64,000 nucleotides of DNA from positions 75,917-139,916 of the forward strand of contig CAWIQP010000011.1 of NCBI GenBank assembly GCA_963838285.1. Reading direction: 5' to 3'. The position numbers were made by a program, and so were the translations under genes. This stretch comes from an uncultured Chloroflexia bacterium. GTDB taxonomy: Bacteria; Chloroflexota; Limnocylindria; Limnocylindrales; CSP1-4. Shown piece after piece: positions 12,433-21,785 of this stretch. The number at the start of each line of letters is the position of its first letter. Position 1 is the stretch's first letter. Under the pieces are notes generated by a model. The model had not been told where the DNA came from and ran no database searches. It worked only from the letters and a program-made list of their open reading frames with translations.

Positions 12433-13660
12433 GTGCGCCCGGTATTCGTGCTCATTCTCCACCCGGCGGCTCCCGCCGATGCCGGGCCCCTGGTCCGCGC
12501 GCTCGCGGAAGCTCGCCGAGCGCTCGCGGAGCGGCAGCGTGGCGCGTTCCTGGCCGCCGGCGCCGACGTCGGCCGAGATCGTGGCCGGTCCGCCGGACGG
12601 GCTCTCGTTCGGCGAGCGGCTGGCGGCCGAGGTTCGGGCGCGGGCCGGCGCGGAGGCGAAAGGGTCCGCGCCGAGGGCGGCGGCCGCCGAGCGGGCAGCG
12701 GCGAGGGACGCGGCCGAGCCGGCGGCGGATGGCGGCGGCCTGGTAGTCCTGGGCTCTGGCAGCATCCCCCTGGCCCGGGCAGCGGACCTTCGGCGCTTCG
12801 TGGAGGCGGCCGCGGGGCCCGGCGGGCACGCGCTGGCGAACAACCGCTATTCCGCGGACGTGGTCGCGATCTCGCGAGCGGCGGATCTGGCGGGGCTGCC
12901 GCCACTCCCCGCCGACAACGCCCTTCCCCGGTGGCTGGAGGAGTGGGCCGGAGTGGCCGTCACGGATCTCCGGTCGCGCTGGCGGCTGGGCGTCGACATC
13001 GACACGCCGCTCGATCTGATCGTGCTGCGCGATCCGGCGGCTCGCGAGCTCCACGCGACGGCGCCACTCGTCGGCGAGCGGCTGGCGGCACTCGCCGAGG
13101 TGATCTCGAACCGCCGCGCCGAGTTGCTGGTCGCCGGCCGCGTCTCGGCGAGGACCCTGGCCTGGCTGGAGCGCGGCGTCGCCTGCCGCGTCCGAGCCCT
13201 GGTCGAGGAGCGTGGACTGCGCGCCGCGTCGGCCCTCGCTCAATCCGGCGGCAAACGTGACGCGAGGCACGGCGGCGCCACGGCCGGCGCCACGGGCAAC
13301 GTCCGCCCGCCACGCTCGATCCTCGGCGAGTTGCTCGACCGCGACGGCCCGGAATCGCTGGCCCACACCGTATCGAAGCTGGCCGACGCCGCGGTCGTCG
13401 ACACGCGGGTCCTCCTGGCCCATCGGGCCGGCCCGGCCGACTCTCCGACCTCGCCTTCGCCAGCCTCCTCGCCCGACGCCGAGGAGCGCTTCGCCTCCGA
13501 CCTGCTGCTGCCCGCGTCCATCGCCGATCCGTGGCTCCGGGCTCTCGCCTCCTCGGCCGCGACGGCCCCCTCCGACCACCCGATCCTTCTCGGCGGCCAC
13601 ACGCTGCTCAACGGCGGACTGCGACTGCTCGCGGAGCGAGCTCGTGCGGGGGCCCGATGA
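12433..13660 (+). CDS. DUF2064/TIGR04282-like (nucleotide-diphospho-sugar-transferase-fold) protein with extra C-terminal domain; probable frameshift ~12568
   Basis: N-terminus VFVLILHPAAPADAGPLVRAL in frame of ORF 12433; remainder (GLVVLGSGSIPLARAADL...GVDIDTPLDLIVL, cf. DUF2064 DIDTPEDL) in frame of ORF 11942..13660; true start uncertain. Confidence 0.45.
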
Positions 13661-14858
13661 CGCCCGGTCGCCGTCCGCCTCCGCCGGATTCCCGGCAACC
13701 GTCCGATCGCCGGTCTCAGTCCGAGCCTTCGACGGGCAGTTCTACCGAGCTCGTCTCCTTCATTCGAGCCGAGATCGACGCGAGCCCCGACGCGCCGCAT
13801 CACCTTCGCGAGATACATGGAACGGGCCCTCTACGAGCCCGAACTGGGCTACTACCGCCAGGCCGCCGACCGACCTACCGACGCCGGCGACTTCCTGACC
13901 GCGCCCGAGACTCATCCCATCTTCGGCTGGACCCTCTCCCGCCGGATCGAGGCGATGTGGAACGAGCTGGGTCGCCCCCGGCCGTTCGACCTGGTCGAGT
14001 ACGGCGCAGGGTCCGGCACGCTGGCTCTTTCGATCCTCGACGGGCTGAGCCGACGGATTTCGACCGACCTGCTCGAAGCGATCCGATACCGGCCCATCGA
14101 ATCGAACCCGAACCGGCTGACCGACCTGCGCGACGGCTTCGAAAGGGCCGGCCATCTCGAGCGCCTGGCGCCAACCGGCTCTCCACCCAAGGGGGTCGTG
14201 CCCGTCACCGGCGTCGTCATTGCCAACGAGTTCCTCGACGCCATGCCCGTTCACCGTTTCGCGGTCCGTGGCGGGAGCCTGCTCGAGCTGTACGTCGCGT
14301 GGCTGGGACGGCTTCGTCCAAGTCGCCGCGGAACCGTCGACGCCGGAGCTCGCCGCCCGTCTCGCCGAGGACGGGGTCGAGATCGGCCAGCTCGCCGAAG
14401 GCCAGGTCGGCGAGATCTCCCTGGGCCTCGCCCCGTGGCTCCGGGGAGTGGCCGCCGGCCTCGATCGCGGCTTCGTCCTGGTAGTGGACTACGGCTACGA
14501 CGCGTCCGAGCTGTACGGCCCGCGCCGCCTGGCCGGCACCCTGCTCGGGTATCGCGGACATCGCGTGGAGGAAGACCCGTTCGCGTCCCCGGGCGAGGTG
14601 GACCTGACCGCCCACGTCGACTTCACCGCCGTGGAGCGGCTGGCCGCGAGCCAGGGCTTCCGGACCGTCTCGTCGACCACGCAGTCGGAGTTCCTCGTCT
14701 CCGCCGGCCTCGAGGAGGAGCTGCGCGCCCTGCAAGCCTCGCCCGATCTCACCCTGGCCGACTACACCCGCGCCCGCTCCGGCATCGTCCGCATGCTCGA
14801 CCCGCGCCACATGGGCCGCTTCCGCGTCCTGGTTATGGCCCGCAAGGAGCCCGGATAG
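13657..14858 (+). CDS. SAM-dependent methyltransferase MidA/NDUFAF7 family (DUF185), with two apparent +1 frameshifts (~13795, ~14305)
   Basis: ATG 13657 overlaps upstream stop (ATGA); motif segments lie in three frames: LVSFIRAEIDASPDAP | ITFARYMERALYEPELGYY...DLVEYGAGSGTLA | GFVQVAAEPS...VDYGY...DLTAHVDFTAV. Confidence 0.8.
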
Positions 14859-15286
14859 GCCAGTTCCCGTATTGCCGGGCCGTGGCGTCGACCGGCACGC
14901 TGCACCCGGAGGAGGGACCCAGGGTTCGGAGGCTGGCTTCGTGTCGGCAGATCCGGGCCACGCTGGGACCTCTCCATTCGAATCGCATTCCGTGTGCAAC
15001 CGCCAGTCCTACCCCGCTGGCGGCTCGGCCGGTCAAAGCGGGCGGTACCACGGCCACCGGGCCGCCCGCAGCCGGCTCCCCATTTCCGATCCCAGCCGAC
15101 TCGTGCGCCCGCGGGCGCGAGCCGGCCCATGCCGCCGGCGGCGGCCAGAGAGCGGTACCCCTGGTAGACTCTCCGATGGATCGCGAGGGAGCGGGCATCG
15201 AACCCGGCCCCGCGGCCGCCTGAAGGACAACCTCGCGCCCGACGCCGCAGACGCATCGCCGCGTGCGACGGGCCGGCTGGAGAACG

Positions 15287-15643
15287 ATGACCGGCATCTG
15301 GTACGTAGTCGGCTTGGCGTTCGCGGGGGTTTCTTTCGTCTTCCTCGTGATCGGCCTGGCCTGGCTGATATCGCACCGAAACCGCGGCGATCGCCACAAG
15401 GGACTGCCCTACGAGAGCGGCATCGACACCTACGGCGACACCTGGGGCCGGTCGGCCATCTCGTTCTACGTGTACGCCCTGCTCTTCGTCGCCTTCGACG
15501 TGGAGGTCGTCTTCCTCTACCTGTGGGCGATCGTCTTCCGCGATCTGCTGATCGGCGGCCTGGTGAGCATGGGCACCTTCGTCGTGGTCCTGATGCTCGG
15601 GCTGGCCTACGCGTGGCGGAAGGGAGTCCTGACGTGGCGGTAG
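15287..15643 (+). CDS. nuoA: NADH-quinone oxidoreductase subunit A
   Basis: MTGIWYVVGLAF...DTYGDTWGRSAISFYVYALLFVAFDVEVVFLYLWA; GGAGAACG RBS before ATG 15287 (ORF track starts at GTG 15263). Confidence 0.9.
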   Translation: MTGIWYVVGLAFAGVSFVFLVIGLAWLISHRNRGDRHKGLPYESGIDTYGDTWGRSAISFYVYALLFVAFDVEVVFLYLWAIVFRDLLIGGLVSMGTFVVVLMLGLAYAWRKGVLTWR

Positions 15644-15865
15644 GCGGTCGAGCGCCCAAGGGACGCGAAGCGGCGACCGGCCGCGGGCTCGCGCCCGCAT
15701 CCAGGGGCGAGGTGACCGCCCCGATCGTGGTTCCCAACACTCTGTGGCAGTCGGCCGATCCGCTCGCCTACGACGGCGGCGCGGCCCACGGACATCACCC
15801 ATCTGCGCGAGTTCGGTCTTACGGCCGCGGCCCGTGACGACGCCGCCCGCTGGGGAGCGCTCCAG

Positions 15866-16351
15866 GTGATCCCCACCAACGCGGACTACATCCTCGATCT
15901 CATCCGCGCCAACAGCCTGTGGCCGCTCCTGTCGGGCCTGGCCTGCTGCGCGTTCGAGATGATGTCGGGCGCCACGAGCAAGTTCGACATGGACCGCTGG
16001 GGGATGTTCCCGTTCCGCGCCTCTCCCCGCCAGGCCGACGTGCTCATCGTCGCCGGGACGCTGACGACCAAGATGTCGGGCCCTCTCGTGCGGCTCTGGG
16101 AGCAGATGCCCGAGCCCAAGTGGTGCGTCGCGCTGGGAGACTGCACGGTCTCGGGCGGACGCTACAAGCGCAGCTACTCCGTGGTCCAGGGAATCGACCG
16201 GGTCATGCCGGTGGACGTCTACATCCCGGGCTGCCCGCCGCGCCCCGAAGGCCTGATCTACGGCATGCTCCAGCTCGGTCAGCTCGTCAAGGACCGCCGC
16301 GGTCACTGGGACGAGCGCGAGATCGGCCCGACCGCACCGGACGACATCTGA
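15866..16351 (+). CDS. nuoB: NADH-quinone oxidoreductase subunit B (N2 cluster)
   Basis: NSLWPLLSGLACCAFEMM...RASPRQADVLIVAGT...GDCTVSGG...YIPGCPPRPE; GTG start; N-terminus may extend upstream. Confidence 0.9.
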   Translation: MIPTNADYILDLIRANSLWPLLSGLACCAFEMMSGATSKFDMDRWGMFPFRASPRQADVLIVAGTLTTKMSGPLVRLWEQMPEPKWCVALGDCTVSGGRYKRSYSVVQGIDRVMPVDVYIPGCPPRPEGLIYGMLQLGQLVKDRRGHWDEREIGPTAPDDI

Positions 16352-16354
16352 CCG

Positions 16355-16912
16355 ATGGATCGAACCCTCAAGGCCCGGCTCGAAGAACGCCTCGGCGACC
16401 TGCTGCGCGCCCCGGTCTACCAGCGCCACGACGAGACGGAGATCCGCATCGAGCCGGGCAGCGTTCCCGAGGTGCTGCGGCGGCTCCACGACGCCCGCGA
16501 CCTGCGGTTCGAGATCCTGGCCGACCTCGCCGGCGTGGACACGGGCGAGGTCATGCAGGTCGTATACCACCTGTGGAGCCCGATCTCCTCGGACTGGCTG
16601 CGGGTCATCGCCGACGGCATCTCCCGCGAAGACCCTCGCGCGCCCTCGGCGACCTTCCTCTGGATCGGCGCCGAATGGCTGGAGCGCGAGGCCTACGACA
16701 TGTACGGCATCGTCTTCGAGGGCAACCGCGACCTGCGCCGCATCTTCATGCCGCCCGACTACACGAGCTTCCCGCTCCGCAAGGACTTCCTCCTGCCCGA
16801 CGACGCGGCCCGATCGCCTGGCGCCGGCGTTCGCCACATGGAGCGAGCCCACGGCCCGGCCGTCACGGCCGACGATCCGGCCGCCGGCATCCGCCGCGCG
16901 CCGGCGAGTTGA
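16355..16912 (+). CDS. nuoC: NADH-quinone oxidoreductase subunit C (30 kDa)
   Basis: ATG 4 nt after nuoB stop; EREAYDMYGIVFEGNRDLRRIFMPPDY motif. Confidence 0.9.
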   Translation: MDRTLKARLEERLGDLLRAPVYQRHDETEIRIEPGSVPEVLRRLHDARDLRFEILADLAGVDTGEVMQVVYHLWSPISSDWLRVIADGISREDPRAPSATFLWIGAEWLEREAYDMYGIVFEGNRDLRRIFMPPDYTSFPLRKDFLLPDDAARSPGAGVRHMERAHGPAVTADDPAAGIRRAPAS

Positions 16913-17035
16913 GGACCGCGATGCCAGACCGCCAGCCCGCCCCACGCCCCCAGCCGGCCCGCTCGAAGAAGCGCGGCGCCGCGCCGGAGCCGCAACCGCA
17001 GCCGCAAGCCGCGGCAGTCCGCGGACGACCCGCGC

Positions 17036-18217
17036 GTGATGCTGGACCGGCAGATTGGCGCGCTGTTCGAGCCGATTCCGCCCTACCCGACCCGGACCGA
17101 GCGCGAAGGCGAGTTCTACAGCCTGGGCGACGGCGAGATGTTCCTCAACATCGGGCCTCACCACCCGGCCACTCACGGCGTCCTGCGCCTCGTCATGAAG
17201 CTCTCGGGCGAGCAGATCGTGGACGTGGATCCCGTTCTCGGCTACCTCCACCGCGGCGTGGAGAAGATCTGCGAGAACTCCGACTACTACCACGTCATCG
17301 ACCAGGTGGACCCGCTCGAGTACATCAGCTCGCTGTTCCAGGAGTGGGCCGCGGTCCTCTCCTTCGAGAAGCTCATGGACGTGCAGGTCCCGCGCCGGGC
17401 GGAGTACATCCGCGTCCTGTCGGGCGAGCTGCTCCGCATCGCCAGCCACACCCTCTTCATGGGCTTCCTGGCGCTGGACCTGGGCGGCCTTACGCCGATC
17501 CTGTACAGCTTCATCGAGCGTGACGAGATCGTCGAGATGCTGGCGTCCCTGACCGGGGCCCGGATGCTGTTCAACTACTTCCGCATCGGCGGCGTCAACG
17601 GCGACCTCAACCACGAGTTCATGAGCCGCCTGGGCGACTGGATGACCCGCGCCGCGAAGCAGACCGAGGCCCAGGCCGGGCTGCTCAACGAGAACGAGAT
17701 CTTCGTCCGGCGAATGCGGGGCGTGGGCGTCCTGGACCGCGCCACCGCCATCCGCTACGGGGTCACGGGCGGCAACCTCCGCGCCGCCGGCGTTCCGTTC
17801 GACCTGCGGCGAGCCCACCCCTACAGCGTCTACCCGGAGCTGGACTTCAACATCCCGACCCGCGACGAGGGCGACTCGCTGGCGCGCTACCTGATCCGCG
17901 TCGACGAGATCCGCGAGTCGATCAAGATCGTCGACCAGTGCCTGCACAACATGCCCGACGGCCCGGTGATGGCCAGCCTGCCGCGGCTCATCCGGCCGCG
18001 TCCCGGGCGCGCCTGGGGGGCATGCGAAGGGCCGCGCGGGATGCTCGGCGTGTACACGATCAGCGACGGCTCCAACCACCCGTTCCGCTTCCGCATCCAC
18101 GACCCGAGCTTCCTGAACCTCGAGACCGTGCCGGCGCTGCTGCCGGGCAATCTGCTGGCCGACACGATGGCCATCGTCTCATCGCTTGACCCGGTCATGG
18201 GCGGGATCGACAAGTGA
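17036..18217 (+). CDS. nuoD: NADH-quinone oxidoreductase subunit D (49 kDa)
   Basis: MFLNIGPHHPATHGVLRLVMKLSGE...GYLHRGVEK...; 393 aa. Confidence 0.95.
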   Translation: MMLDRQIGALFEPIPPYPTRTEREGEFYSLGDGEMFLNIGPHHPATHGVLRLVMKLSGEQIVDVDPVLGYLHRGVEKICENSDYYHVIDQVDPLEYISSLFQEWAAVLSFEKLMDVQVPRRAEYIRVLSGELLRIASHTLFMGFLALDLGGLTPILYSFIERDEIVEMLASLTGARMLFNYFRIGGVNGDLNHEFMSRLGDWMTRAAKQTEAQAGLLNENEIFVRRMRGVGVLDRATAIRYGVTGGNLRAAGVPFDLRRAHPYSVYPELDFNIPTRDEGDSLARYLIRVDEIRESIKIVDQCLHNMPDGPVMASLPRLIRPRPGRAWGACEGPRGMLGVYTISDGSNHPFRFRIHDPSFLNLETVPALLPGNLLADTMAIVSSLDPVMGGIDK

Positions 18218-19620
18218 GCAACGCCGCCACGCCCGCCCCGGGCCGCATGCGCTCCGCGATCGGCTTCATGCGGAGCTTCCCGGCCGAGTTCTGGGGCCGC
18301 CTGTCGCTCGTCGAGCGCCTGGCCCTGATCTTCGTCCCGGCCGCCATCGTGGCGGCGGTGGTAACCGTTCTGGCCATCGTCCTGCTCGGTCCGCCGTTCC
18401 TGGACTTCCTGGGAGCCAACCTGCCGCTCGTCCGCTTCGCGGTCGCGGCCACGGCGATCCTGCTGCTGACGGTGCCGACGGCCTTCGTCCTGATCTACCT
18501 CGAGCTCAAGGTCATCGCCCGGATGAACCTGCGCATCGGGCCCAACCGGGTGGGGCCGTGGGGCGCGGCGATGAGCCTGATCCACGGCTTCAAGGTCCTC
18601 TCCAAGGAGGACTTCGCCCCGACCGGCGCCGACATCACCGTCTTCACCCTGGCCCCGGTGGTGACCTACATGGCCAGCGTGATGACCCTCCTGGTCATCC
18701 CGTTCGCGCCGGGCCTGATCGGCCAGGATCTCAACATCGGCCTGCTGTACTTCTTCTCGATGGGCGGCCTGACCGTCGTGGGCCTGCTGATGGCGGGCTG
18801 GTCGAGCTTCAACAAGTACTCGCTCCTCGGCGGCCTGCGCTCGGCGGCGCAGATCGTCAGCTACGAGATCCCACTCACCCTCTCGGTCGTGGGCGTCATC
18901 GTCCTCGCCGGAACGATGAGCATGAACCGCATCGTGCTGGCCCAGTCGGGCTCGTTCCTCGACTGGTTCGTATTCAAGCAGCCCCTGGCGGCGCTCATCT
19001 TCTTCATCGCCGCCACGGCGGAGGCCAACCGCACGCCGTTCGACATGACCGAGGCCGACTCCGAGATCGTGGCCGGTTTCGCCACCGAGTACTCGGGGAT
19101 GCGCTTCGGCTTCTTCTTCTTCGCCGAGTACGTGAACGTCTTCATCATCTCGGCGCTCATCACCACGATCTTCTTCGGCGGCTGGACCGCGCCGTTCCAG
19201 TGGCCGTGGGCATACAACCTGAACTGGTTCAATCCCTGGTCGTTCGGCTTCTTCGGCTGGCTCGCCATCGTCCTGACCGTCGGCTACTTCGGGACAGTCT
19301 TCTTCGCCATCTTCGCCCGCCTCTTGGGCGGCCGCGAGTGGGGCCTGTGGTCCTCGATGGGCCTGGGCTTCCTGTTCCTGCTCGTGGTCGTCGCCGGCCT
19401 CGTCGTCCTGGCCGGCTTTGTCGCCTTCGACTGGGTCCAGGGACTGGTCTGGTTCATGGCCAAGACCTACGTCTTCGTCATCACCTTCGTCTGGATGCGG
19501 GCCACGCTGCCGCGCGTCAGGGTCGACCAGCTGATGGGCTTCGCCTGGAAATGGCTGCTGCCGGCCTCGCTTGTCAACCTCTTCGTGACGGCGACCGCCG
19601 TCGTCCTGCTGAACCGGTGA
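18214..19620 (+). CDS. nuoH: NADH-quinone oxidoreductase subunit H
   Basis: GTGA overlap with nuoD stop; ...LKVIARMNLRIGPNRVGPWG...ANRTPFDMTEADSEIVAGFATEYSGMRFGFFFFAEY; follows nuoD directly (no E/F/G between). Confidence 0.95.
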   Translation: MSNAATPAPGRMRSAIGFMRSFPAEFWGRLSLVERLALIFVPAAIVAAVVTVLAIVLLGPPFLDFLGANLPLVRFAVAATAILLLTVPTAFVLIYLELKVIARMNLRIGPNRVGPWGAAMSLIHGFKVLSKEDFAPTGADITVFTLAPVVTYMASVMTLLVIPFAPGLIGQDLNIGLLYFFSMGGLTVVGLLMAGWSSFNKYSLLGGLRSAAQIVSYEIPLTLSVVGVIVLAGTMSMNRIVLAQSGSFLDWFVFKQPLAALIFFIAATAEANRTPFDMTEADSEIVAGFATEYSGMRFGFFFFAEYVNVFIISALITTIFFGGWTAPFQWPWAYNLNWFNPWSFGFFGWLAIVLTVGYFGTVFFAIFARLLGGREWGLWSSMGLGFLFLLVVVAGLVVLAGFVAFDWVQGLVWFMAKTYVFVITFVWMRATLPRVRVDQLMGFAWKWLLPASLVNLFVTATAVVLLNR

Positions 19621-19627
19621 GCGCGCG

Positions 19628-20443
19628 ATGAGCTACGTTCCGGGCCTGGGCATCGCGAAGGGCATGGCGCTGACCATGCGCCGCTTCTTCGCGCCGAAGG
19701 CCACGATCCAGTATCCCGAGACCGCGCCCGACATCGCCGTCCGCTTCCGCGGCCGTCTGCAGCTGCTGTACGACGAACTGGGCAACATCAAGTGCGAAAC
19801 CTGCTTCCAGTGCGCCCAGGCCTGCCCCGTGGAGTGCATCGACATGGGCGGCTTCGACACTCGGGGCCGCTTCCACGTCCACTGGGGCGCGGCCGAGATG
19901 TACGCCGAGCGGCGCGAGGAGTCGGCCCTGAGACGGTCCGGACGGCCCGTGCCCGACCCCGTCTACAGCCACTTCGACTCGATCGACACGGCCGCGGTGG
20001 ACAGCATCCTGGCCAGGTACGACTTCGACGGGGCCGAGATGCTGCCCATCCTCGAGTCGATCCAGGGCGCCTACGGCTACCTGCCCGTGGCCGCCCTCAA
20101 GCGAGTGAGCGAGGTCTCCGGGGCTCCGTACGCGCTCATCTACGGCACCGCCACGTACTACGGCCACCTGCGCTTCGACAAGCCCGGACGCAGCGTGGGC
20201 GTCTGCCGCTGCACGTCCTGCATCCTGGCCGGCTCCAGCCGGATCCACCGCGTGCTCGCCAGGGAGCTTGGGACGGAGATTGGCCGGCGGCCGGCCCCGG
20301 GCGGAGTGGCGCTGGAGCAGATCCCCGCCCACGTCCCCGGCGCGTCCTCGCCGCTCGTCACGCTCGATGGCTCGCCACAGCAGGTGACCGCCGCCGGCGC
20401 CGCGGCCTGGGCCCGCGCCCTGGTCGGGAGGAACGTGGCATGA
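19628..20443 (+). CDS. nuoI/nuoE: chimeric NuoI N-terminal half (single 4Fe-4S motif) fused in frame to a NuoE-like thioredoxin-fold domain
   Basis: aa 1-70 KATIQYPE...RFRGRLQLL...CETCFQCAQACPVECI = NuoI first CxxCxxCxxxCP only (no second motif in any frame 19860-19990); aa ~110-230 ILARYDFDGAEMLPILESIQGAYGYLPVAALKRVSEVSG...VGVCRCTSCILAGS = NuoE, but second Cys pair is replaced (EQIPAHVPGASSP). Confidence 0.7.
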   Translation: MSYVPGLGIAKGMALTMRRFFAPKATIQYPETAPDIAVRFRGRLQLLYDELGNIKCETCFQCAQACPVECIDMGGFDTRGRFHVHWGAAEMYAERREESALRRSGRPVPDPVYSHFDSIDTAAVDSILARYDFDGAEMLPILESIQGAYGYLPVAALKRVSEVSGAPYALIYGTATYYGHLRFDKPGRSVGVCRCTSCILAGSSRIHRVLARELGTEIGRRPAPGGVALEQIPAHVPGASSPLVTLDGSPQQVTAAGAAAWARALVGRNVA

Positions 20444-21777
20444 CGTCCGCCGCCATTCTCGCGACCCCGGCCCGCTTCCCGCGCCTTCTCCTCCCGGCGA
20501 CCCCGGGGCGGGACCCGCTGGATCTCGACGCCGCGGTTGCGGCCGGCGCCTTCACCGCACTGAAGGCCGCGGTGAACGATCTCAAGGCGGAGGGCGTGAT
20601 AGCCGCGCTGGTCGAGTCCGGGATGCGCGGCCGTGGCGGCGGCGGCTTCCCGATCGGCGAGAAGTGGCGAGCCTGCGCCGCTGCCGAATCCGATCGCCGC
20701 TACGTCGTGGTGAACGCCTATCAATCCGACCCGGCGGTGATGACCGACCGCGTTCTGCTGGAGGTCAACCCCTACGCGGTCGTCGAGGGCGCCGCGATCG
20801 CGGCTTTCGCCGTCGGCGCGAGCGAGGTGATCGTCGCGGTCCGGGCCGAAGCCACGGACGCGATCCGGGCCATGGAGTCGGCCGTGGCGGAGGCCGAGTC
20901 GGCCGGCTTCATCGGGGCTGACGTCCTCGGCACCGGGACGGAGATCCGCTTCTCGGTCAGGCCGCTGCAGGGCTCCTACATGCTCGGCGAGGAGACGGTC
21001 CTGCTGAAGGGCCTGGAGGGCAAGCGCGGCCAGCCGGAGCAGCAGCCGCCGTACGTCACCACTCGCGGCCTCTTCGGAGCGCCGACCCTGATCCACGGAC
21101 CGCAGACCTTCGCCGCCGTCCCGACCATCCTGTCCGGCGGCATCGCCGGCTTCCCGGAGACCGGGGCGCGGGCTTTCGCGGGCACCGTCCTGGTCCAGAT
21201 CTCCGGTACGGTCGCCCAGCCCGGAGTCGCCGAGGTTCCGTTCGGCGTCACACTTCGGGAGGTCCTCGACGTCGCTGGCGGCGTTCCCGCCCCGCATCGG
21301 CTCAAGGCCGTGCTGGTAGGCGGCCCGTCGGGTGGCATCCTGCCGCCGGAGGGTCTGAGCGTCGGCTTCGACCACGACTCCCTGGCGAAGGCGGGCGCGT
21401 ACGTCGGTTCCGGGTCGATCGTCGTCGTGGATCAGCACGGCTGCGTCGTGGACCTGGCCGCGGTCCTGACCCGCTTCTGCGCCGATCAGGCCTGCGGAAA
21501 GACGATCCCCTGCCGGATCGGCCTGCGGCGGCTGGCCGAGATCGGCGCCCGGATCTGCGAAGGACAGCCGCGCGGCGACGAGATAACCCGCCTGACCGAC
21601 CTCTCCGCCGACATAGTCGGCAGCGCCCTGTGCGACCACGAGCGTCGCGCCACGCTCGCCATGCTGAGCGTCGTCCGGTACTTCCGCGACGAGCTCGACG
21701 CCCACATCGTCCGTAACACCTGTCCCGCCGGGATCTGCCAGCCCAAGGCAGATGCCCGTGCCGGGACCGTTTCCTGA
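20440..21777 (+). CDS. nuoF: NADH-quinone oxidoreductase subunit F (51 kDa, FMN/NADH, N3)
   Basis: ATGA overlap with upstream stop; ESGMRGRGGGGFPIGEKW, GEETVLLKGLEGKRG, CGKTIPCRIG...C cluster motifs. Confidence 0.95.
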   Translation: MTSAAILATPARFPRLLLPATPGRDPLDLDAAVAAGAFTALKAAVNDLKAEGVIAALVESGMRGRGGGGFPIGEKWRACAAAESDRRYVVVNAYQSDPAVMTDRVLLEVNPYAVVEGAAIAAFAVGASEVIVAVRAEATDAIRAMESAVAEAESAGFIGADVLGTGTEIRFSVRPLQGSYMLGEETVLLKGLEGKRGQPEQQPPYVTTRGLFGAPTLIHGPQTFAAVPTILSGGIAGFPETGARAFAGTVLVQISGTVAQPGVAEVPFGVTLREVLDVAGGVPAPHRLKAVLVGGPSGGILPPEGLSVGFDHDSLAKAGAYVGSGSIVVVDQHGCVVDLAAVLTRFCADQACGKTIPCRIGLRRLAEIGARICEGQPRGDEITRLTDLSADIVGSALCDHERRATLAMLSVVRYFRDELDAHIVRNTCPAGICQPKADARAGTVS

Positions 21778-21785
21778 GGCGTCCC

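Noticed and set aside
14859-15286. Promoter or sRNA in the 430-bp midA-nuoA spacer (TAGACT hexamer at ~15165, low-GC patch 14957-14990)
   Set aside because: No convincing -35/-10 pair or conserved structure visible by eye; left unannotated
16921-17523. Frame-1 ORF overlapping nuoD (MPDRQPAPRPQ...)
   Set aside because: Overlaps the conserved NuoD frame; Arg/Pro-rich. Its first ~35 aa could only matter if nuoD had an indel-masked N-terminal extension, which is not supported
14762-18100. 1112-aa minus-strand ORF across nuoA-nuoD
   Set aside because: Antisense to four well-conserved nuo genes; composition is Arg/Gly/Ala/Pro junk
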